From positions 116,345 to 180,344 of the forward strand of contig JAIQFC010000007.1 in the NCBI GenBank assembly GCA_020073465.1: DNA of 64,000 nucleotides, given 5' to 3'. The number at the start of each line of letters is the position of its first letter. Positions within the stretch are counted from its first letter, which is position 1. Below are positions 59,311-64,000 of this stretch, piece after piece. The stretch is from Terriglobia bacterium (GTDB taxonomy: Bacteria > Acidobacteriota > Terriglobia > Terriglobales > Acidobacteriaceae). Made by a program: the position numbers and the translations under genes. The notes under the pieces were generated by a model that was not told the DNA's origin, ran no database searches, and saw only the letters and a program-made list of their open reading frames with translations.

Positions 59311-59820
59311 TTAGAGCTCTTCCGCCGTCTTGCCGCGCATGGTTGCTACGCTCTCTCTGTTCTTCAACTGCTTGAGCGCATCGAAAGTCGCCTTGATCAC
59401 ATTGTGCGGGTTGGTCGTGCCAATCGACTTGGTCAGGACATTCTGCACGCCCGCCGAAGTCATGACCGCACGCACCGCGCCGCCCGCGATCACGCCCGTG
59501 CCTTCCGGAGCCGGCTTGAGCAGCACCTTGCCCGAACCATAGCGTCCCAACACGAGATGCGGAATGCTCGTCTGCGTCAGATTCACTCGCACCAGGTTTT
59601 TTTTCGCCGACTCAATTCCCTTACGGATGGCCTGTGGCACTTCCTTCGCCTTGCCCGAACCATAGCCCACAACCGCAGCCGAGGGATCGCCCACGACGAC
59701 CAGCGCGGCAAACGAAAGATTCTTGCCGCCCTTCACGACTTTCGTGACACGGTTAATCGCGACCACCTGGTCTTTCAGCTGGTAGGCACCTGCATCGAGT
59801 TTCTTAATCACTGTTGGCAT
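59311..59820 (-). CDS. rpsE: 30S ribosomal protein S5
   Basis: [27 protein letters not shown]... Confidence 0.96.
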   Translation of the reverse strand: MPTVIKKLDAGAYQLKDQVVAINRVTKVVKGGKNLSFAALVVVGDPSAAVVGYGSGKAKEVPQAIRKGIESAKKNLVRVNLTQTSIPHLVLGRYGSGKVLLKPAPEGTGVIAGGAVRAVMTSAGVQNVLTKSIGTTNPHNVIKATFDALKQLKNRESVATMRGKTAEEL

Positions 59821-59830
59821 TTATGAACCT

Positions 59831-59902
59831 AGCCTTTGGCTGTTAGCTCTTGGCTCTTGGCTTCTTGCTCGAGCTAACAGCCAAGAGCCAAAAGCTAAGA
59901 GC
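59831..59902. repeat. Heptamer-word hairpin (GCCAAGA/GCTAAGA family)
   Basis: agcctttggctgttagctcttggctcttggct ... agctaacagccaagagccaaaagctaagagc. Confidence 0.7.
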
Positions 59903-59910
59903 GGTTTTCC

Positions 59911-60276
59911 CTAGAACTGTAGTCCCGCTTCGCGCGCGGCGTCGGCCAGTGCCTTGACCCGCCCGTGATAAATGTATCCGCCGCGGTCAAAGACAACCTT
60001 GGTCACGCCCTTGGCCTTGGCGCGCTCGGCAATGATCTTGCCGATGCTCTTCGCCGCAGCAACGTTGCCGCCGGTACGCCGATCTTCCTTCTTGCCCTCG
60101 GCCGTGCTGGCCGAAACCAGCGTCTTGCCGTGCAGGTCGTCAATGACTTGCACGTAGATGTGGTTCAGCGAGCGGTACACGTTAAGCCGCGGACGCTCCG
60201 CCGTACCCTGCATCTTCTTGCGGATGCGCTCGTGCACGTGGCCGCGTTTTTGGTTCTTGGAAATTTTCGTCAGCAT
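59911..60276 (-). CDS. rplR: 50S ribosomal protein L18
   Basis: [20 protein letters not shown]...[26 protein letters not shown]. Confidence 0.96.
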   Translation of the reverse strand: MLTKISKNQKRGHVHERIRKKMQGTAERPRLNVYRSLNHIYVQVIDDLHGKTLVSASTAEGKKEDRRTGGNVAAAKSIGKIIAERAKAKGVTKVVFDRGGYIYHGRVKALADAAREAGLQF

Positions 60277-60315
60277 CGCTTCAAGTCCTTACTTAAAAGT
60301 CCTCAATACTCGGCA

Positions 60316-60401
60316 GATCCTTCGCTATCGCTCAGAGCCTGCCTTGAGCTTGCCGAAGGGATGACGCCAGCGGGCTCCCGCTTCGCCCACGCCCGCTAAA
60401 C
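60316..60401. repeat. Composite dispersed element: reverse-oriented GTCATCCC-type REP plus the GCGGGCTCCCGCTTCGC.YACGCCCGC module
   Basis: gatccttcgctatcgctcagagcctgccttgagcttgccgaagggatgac gccaGCGGGCtcccgcttcgcccacGCCCGCtaaac. It lies inside the rplR-rplF spacer. Confidence 0.6.
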
Positions 60402-60405
60402 AGCG

Positions 60406-60945
60406 TTATTTCGCTCCGGTCTTGCCAACCTTCTTCTTCAGCCGCTCGCCGGCATAGCGCACGCCCTTGTTCTTGTACGGATCTGGCGGACGCAACGAGC
60501 GCATCTCGGCGGCAACCTGACCAACCTTCTGCCGGTCGATTCCGGTGAGCGCGATCTTCGTTTGCTTGGGATCGACGGCCGCATCGACGCCGATGGGCAG
60601 CGGATACTCAATCGGATGCGAATATCCGAGATTGAATACCACCACGCCCTTGCCCTTCATCTCGGCGCGATACCCGATGCCCACAATTTCGAGCTCGCGG
60701 GTCCAACCCTTGGTCACGCCCTCGACCGCGTTGTTGACCAGCGCGCGCGCCAACCCGTGGACGGCGGCCTGCGAATCGTTCTCGCGGATGGCGACGATGT
60801 TACCGTCTTTCTGTTCGACCTTGATGCCGGCCGGCAACGCTGTGTCCAGCTTGCCCTTGGGCCCCTGCACCACCACGGTGTTGCCTTCGATTTTGACCGT
60901 CACCCCTTTGGGGATTGCGATCGGCTTTTTTCCAATTCTCGACAT
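60406..60945 (-). CDS. rplF: 50S ribosomal protein L6
   Basis: [33 protein letters not shown]... Confidence 0.96.
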   Translation of the reverse strand: MSRIGKKPIAIPKGVTVKIEGNTVVVQGPKGKLDTALPAGIKVEQKDGNIVAIRENDSQAAVHGLARALVNNAVEGVTKGWTRELEIVGIGYRAEMKGKGVVVFNLGYSHPIEYPLPIGVDAAVDPKQTKIALTGIDRQKVGQVAAEMRSLRPPDPYKNKGVRYAGERLKKKVGKTGAK

Positions 60946-60950
60946 AAGTC

Positions 60951-61081
60951 GCTCTTAGCCTTTGGCTCTTAGCTCTTGGCTAGAACCGATTCGTCATGCA
61001 GCTTACAGCCTTGCTGCCCGTTCAATAATCTCCGTCGCCTGCGTCTTCCTAGCTAAGAGCCAAGAGCTAATAGCCAAGAGC
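60951..61081. repeat. Heptamer-word hairpin (GCCAAGA/GCTAAGA family) with a 65-nt loop
   Basis: gctcttagcctttggctcttagctcttggctag ...65 nt... ctagctaagagccaagagctaatagccaagagc. Confidence 0.7.
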
Positions 61082-61086
61082 TGCCT

Positions 61087-61485
61087 TTAATAAATCTCGC
61101 AGAGCAACTCGCCGCCCACGCCTTCCCGGCGCGCCTGGCGTCCCGTCATCACCCCGCGCGGCGTGGTCAGGATGTTGATCCCCATGCCACCCAACACGCG
61201 TGGAATCTCGCTGCGGCGCACATAGACCCGGCATCCCGGACGCGACACGCGTTCCGCCTTCGAGATGGCCGCCTCGTTGTTGGCGCCATACTTGAGGTAT
61301 ATCCGGATAACCTTGTGCCCTTCTTCCTCGGTAGGCTTGAAGTTCGAAATGTAGCCCTCTTCCTTCAGGATGCGGGCAATCTCCAGCTTCAGCCGGGACG
61401 CCGGGACATCCACTTTTTGGTGCCGGGCCTGGAGTGCGTTCCGCACTCTCGTCAACATGTCTGCGACCGGATCGGTCAACCTCAT
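61087..61485 (-). CDS. rpsH: 30S ribosomal protein S8
   Basis: MRLTDPVADMLTRVRNALQARHQKV... Confidence 0.96.
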   Translation of the reverse strand: MRLTDPVADMLTRVRNALQARHQKVDVPASRLKLEIARILKEEGYISNFKPTEEEGHKVIRIYLKYGANNEAAISKAERVSRPGCRVYVRRSEIPRVLGGMGINILTTPRGVMTGRQARREGVGGELLCEIY

Positions 61486-61638
61486 CGTTTGCTTCTCCTC
61501 TAGCCACCCGTTCGCTCCGCATCCAGCGGAGAACCTGCGGCAGCTTGCTCCTCAAAACGGAACCTCGTTTCGCTCCGCATTTCCACCAGTCGTGAGCATT
61601 GGCGAACCGCCAACGACAGACGACCAACAACTGACACG

Positions 61639-61824
61639 CTACCAGGACGACTTCGAGACGCCTGGAATCTCCCCGCGCAGCGCCAACTGGCGGAAGCACA
61701 AGCGGCAAATACCGAACTTGCGCAGAAAAGCGCGCGGGCGTCCGCAAAGCTTGCAGCGGTTGTGCTTGCGCGTGGAGAACTTCGGCTTCCTAGCGTCCTT
61801 GACTCGTTTTGCTGTAGTGGCCAA
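61639..61824 (-). CDS. rpsN: 30S ribosomal protein S14, type Z (zinc-binding, 61 aa)
   Basis: [39 protein letters not shown]. Confidence 0.95.
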   Translation of the reverse strand: MATTAKRVKDARKPKFSTRKHNRCKLCGRPRAFLRKFGICRLCFRQLALRGEIPGVSKSSW

Positions 61825-61864
61825 CTTAGCTCCTAACTTGTAGCGCCGGCGTCTCGCCGGCTCC

Positions 61865-62494
61865 TTATGCCCGGAACGGCATGCCCAAGTGCTTCAACAG
61901 CGTCCGCGCCTGGTTGTCATTCGCGGCCGTGGTCACAATCGTGACGTTCATTCCCTTCAGCTTGTCGACCTTCGCATAATCGATCTCGGGGAAAATCAAC
62001 TGATCGTGCAGCCCCAGCGTGTAGTTGCCACGCCCGTCGAACGACTTGGTCGAAACACCACGGAAGTCGCGCACGCGCGGCAGAACAATGTTCACCAGCC
62101 GGTCGAAGAACTCGTACATGCGGTCGCCGCGCAGGGTGACCATTGCGCCAATCGCTTGTCCTTCGCGCACCTTGAACGCCGCGATCGACTTCTTCGCCCG
62201 CGTAACCACCGGCTTCTGCCCGGTGATCTGGCCCAGTTCGTTCACCGCCGGATCCAGCACCTTGGCGTTCTGCGTGGCTTCGCCCACACCCATGTTCACT
62301 ACGATCTTGTGCAGCCGTGGAACCGCCATCTTGTTCTGCAGTTCCAGTTCCTTCAGCAGGGCCGGCGCCACTTCCTTCTCAAATCTCGAGCGCAGCCGCG
62401 GACGTTCTTTCGCGCTGTGCCGGGCCTTCTCCGGCCCTTTCTGCTCCTGCGGCGCTTCCTTCTGTGCCTTCTTGTCTTTTGCCATCGTCGTCAA
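61865..62494 (-). CDS. rplE: 50S ribosomal protein L5 (with about 30 aa lysine-rich N-terminal extension)
   Basis: [42 protein letters not shown]... Confidence 0.95.
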   Translation of the reverse strand: MTTMAKDKKAQKEAPQEQKGPEKARHSAKERPRLRSRFEKEVAPALLKELELQNKMAVPRLHKIVVNMGVGEATQNAKVLDPAVNELGQITGQKPVVTRAKKSIAAFKVREGQAIGAMVTLRGDRMYEFFDRLVNIVLPRVRDFRGVSTKSFDGRGNYTLGLHDQLIFPEIDYAKVDKLKGMNVTIVTTAANDNQARTLLKHLGMPFRA

Positions 62495-62520
62495 CTTCCT
62501 CTCACGGTTTCGGAGTGTCG

Positions 62521-62633
62521 GCTCTTGGCTCTTGGCCTTTAGCTCAACGTGTACCGGTTCGTGAGACTCATTTTTTCATTCCGCTGCTTGCATGATCGCC
62601 ACAAGCTAAGAGCTAATGGCTAAGAGCTAACAG
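62521..62633. repeat. Heptamer-word hairpin (GCCAAGA/GCTAAGA family) with a long loop
   Basis: gctcttggctcttggcctttagctc ... agctaagagctaatggctaagagctaacagc. Confidence 0.7.
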
Positions 62634-62975
62634 CTATTTATCCAGCGTGGTGTCGCACTTCTTGCACACGCGCACCTTGCGGTCCCCGCGCACTTCATGA
62701 CCGATACGCACCGGCCCGCAGGTCGGACACACCAGCTGCACGTTCGAGAGCGCAATCCGGCTCTCCTGCTCCGCGATTCCGCCCTTGATGTTGCGCTGCG
62801 GGTTGGGACGCACGTGCTTCTTCACCATCATCACGTGCTCCACCAGAATCTTGTTGTCGCCCGGAAACACGCGCAGCACGCGTCCTTCCTTGCCCTTGTC
62901 TCGCCCAGTGATCACCTTCACGGTGTCATTGCGGCGGATGTCCACTCGCTTGTGTGCAGTCGTTGCAGTTGCCAT
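62634..62975 (-). CDS. rplX: 50S ribosomal protein L24
   Basis: IRRNDTVKVITGRDKGKEGRVLRVFPGDNKILVEHV. Confidence 0.95.
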   Translation of the reverse strand: MATATTAHKRVDIRRNDTVKVITGRDKGKEGRVLRVFPGDNKILVEHVMMVKKHVRPNPQRNIKGGIAEQESRIALSNVQLVCPTCGPVRIGHEVRGDRKVRVCKKCDTTLDK

Positions 62976-62986
62976 AAGAATTCGCC

Positions 62987-63358
62987 TTACAGAACTTCCG
63001 GTGCCAGTGAAACAATCTTCAGGAACTTCTTTTCACGCAACTCACGGGCGACCGGACCGAAAACGCGCGTTCCCACCGGCTCGCCCGCCTCGTTGATCAG
63101 CACCGCCGCGTTCTGATCGAACCGGATGTAAGTGCCGTCGCGCCGGCGATGCTCCTTGCGCGTCCGCACAATCACGGCCTTGACTACCTTTCCCTTCTGC
63201 ACCTGTCCTTCCGGCGCAGCTTCCTTCACCGAAGCCGTGATCACGTCGCCCAGGCCGGCATTCAACCCAGTCGAGCCCCCCAGCGGCAGAATCATCTGCA
63301 GCTTGCGGGCACCGGAGTTGTCGGCGACCTCCAGCATCGATCTCATCATCACAGCCAT
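62987..63358 (-). CDS. rplN: 50S ribosomal protein L14
   Basis: [16 protein letters not shown]...[30 protein letters not shown]. Confidence 0.96.
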   Translation of the reverse strand: MAVMMRSMLEVADNSGARKLQMILPLGGSTGLNAGLGDVITASVKEAAPEGQVQKGKVVKAVIVRTRKEHRRRDGTYIRFDQNAAVLINEAGEPVGTRVFGPVARELREKKFLKIVSLAPEVL

Positions 63359-63387
63359 GGCGTCAATCTCCTCTATCTCGGCTCCAG

Positions 63388-63702
63388 CTAGTTGACGGCG
63401 GGTTCGACCGCGGCCTCAGGCACCAGCGCCGCCTTGCGGATAATATCCTTCAGCTTCCAGCGCTTCAGCTTCGAAAGCGGACGAGTTTCTTCGATCCGCA
63501 CGAAGTCGCCCACATGCGCCTCGTTCTTCTCATCGTGCGCGTAGAACTTCTTGTGCCGCGCAATCACGCGCCCGTAGAACGGATGCGATTTCTTGCGTGT
63601 CACCTGCACCACAATCGTCTTGTGCATGCGGCTGGAGACTACTTCTCCCACGACTTCTTTGCGGCGTCCCTGCACGTGTTCAGTTGGCGTTGTTCCAGCC
63701 AT
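63388..63702 (-). CDS. rpsQ: 30S ribosomal protein S17
   Basis: [42 protein letters not shown]. Confidence 0.95.
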   Translation of the reverse strand: MAGTTPTEHVQGRRKEVVGEVVSSRMHKTIVVQVTRKKSHPFYGRVIARHKKFYAHDEKNEAHVGDFVRIEETRPLSKLKRWKLKDIIRKAALVPEAAVEPAVN

Positions 63703-63911
63703 TATCGTTTCTCCGTTGCCGCGGCCCGCCCGCGCTCACCCAGAATCGTTTTGACCCGCGCGATGTCCTTGCGTAGCCCGCGCATCTTCTTCAGGCTCTC
63801 CGTCTGCCCCATGTTCAGCTGGAACTTCAGCTTGAAGAGTTGGTCAGCCAGATCGCGCTCCTGGTGTTGGAGTTCGGCGTCCGTTAAGTTGCGAATCTTG
63901 TCCGATTTCAT
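63702..63911 (-). CDS. rpmC: 50S ribosomal protein L29
   Basis: IRNLTDAELQHQERDLADQLFKLKFQLNMGQTESLKKMRGLRKDIARVKTIL. Confidence 0.93.
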   Translation of the reverse strand: MKSDKIRNLTDAELQHQERDLADQLFKLKFQLNMGQTESLKKMRGLRKDIARVKTILGERGRAAATEKR

Positions 63912-63932
63912 AATGCAGTTCTCAGTTCCCGG

Positions 63933-64000
63933 TTATCCGTGCATCACTTCGCGCTTGACCATCGTCGTGCGCAGCGGCAGCTTGTGCGAAGCCAGCCGCA
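63933..64000 (-). CDS. rplP: 50S ribosomal protein L16, C-terminal end only (gene starts beyond the window)
   Basis: My translation of the minus strand is ...AASHKLPLRTTMVKREVMHG-stop (TAA at 63935..63933), in the position upstream of rpmC. Confidence 0.8.
   Translation of the reverse strand, partial: RLASHKLPLRTTMVKREVMHG

Noticed and set aside
61067-61747. 226-aa minus-strand ORF
   Set aside because: It is an out-of-frame overlap of rpsH and rpsN and of the spacer between them. The two ribosomal protein frames are clearly the real ones.

Overview
This is 64 kb of high-GC bacterial chromosome (roughly 58-60% by eye, not computed). Gene content and the dense GTCATCCTGAGCG-type palindromic repeats suggest an Acidobacteriota (Terriglobia-like) genome; that is inference, not a search result. 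Layout: (i) 0-8.4 kb holds two divergent LuxR/NarL-type regulators and an envelope glycan cluster: 2 methyltransferases, 3 polytopic GT-C/Wzy-like membrane proteins and a polyprenyl-phosphate-type GT2. (ii) tRNA-Glu. (iii) 9.4-13.7 kb holds ccmF-ccmH plus two translationally coupled membrane proteins. (iv) 14-31 kb is mixed housekeeping: htpX, S9 peptidase, GIY-YIG, HNH, comF, OPT and POT transporters, yggS, DUF167, GYD, AlkD-like, M24 peptidase, GNAT. (v) 31-35 kb holds a PQQ propeller dehydrogenase with an embedded cytochrome c domain and an ArnT-like GT39. (vi) 35.5-42.5 kb is the minus-strand rimP-nusA-infB-DUF503-rbfA-nrnA operon. (vii) 42.7-51.2 kb holds a Cys-stapled propeller lipoprotein, guaB, VanZ, an MFS transporter and a Ser/Thr kinase. 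(viii) 51.4-64 kb holds the minus-strand alpha and spc ribosomal operons and the S10-operon tail, including rpmJ, which is too short for the ORF track. I saw no CRISPR array, transposase, integrase or prophage genes. The most unusual content is non-coding. First, a family of imperfect hairpins has arms made of tandem heptamer words. They fill most intergenic spacers of the ribosomal operons and several other operons, often abutting or supplying the ribosome-binding site of the next cistron. Second, nested-palindrome REP/MITE-like elements (GTCATCCTGAGCG...) occur repeatedly, and two same-orientation copies bracket a GIY-YIG nuclease gene. Many long ORFs in the track are antisense shadows of real genes and were rejected.
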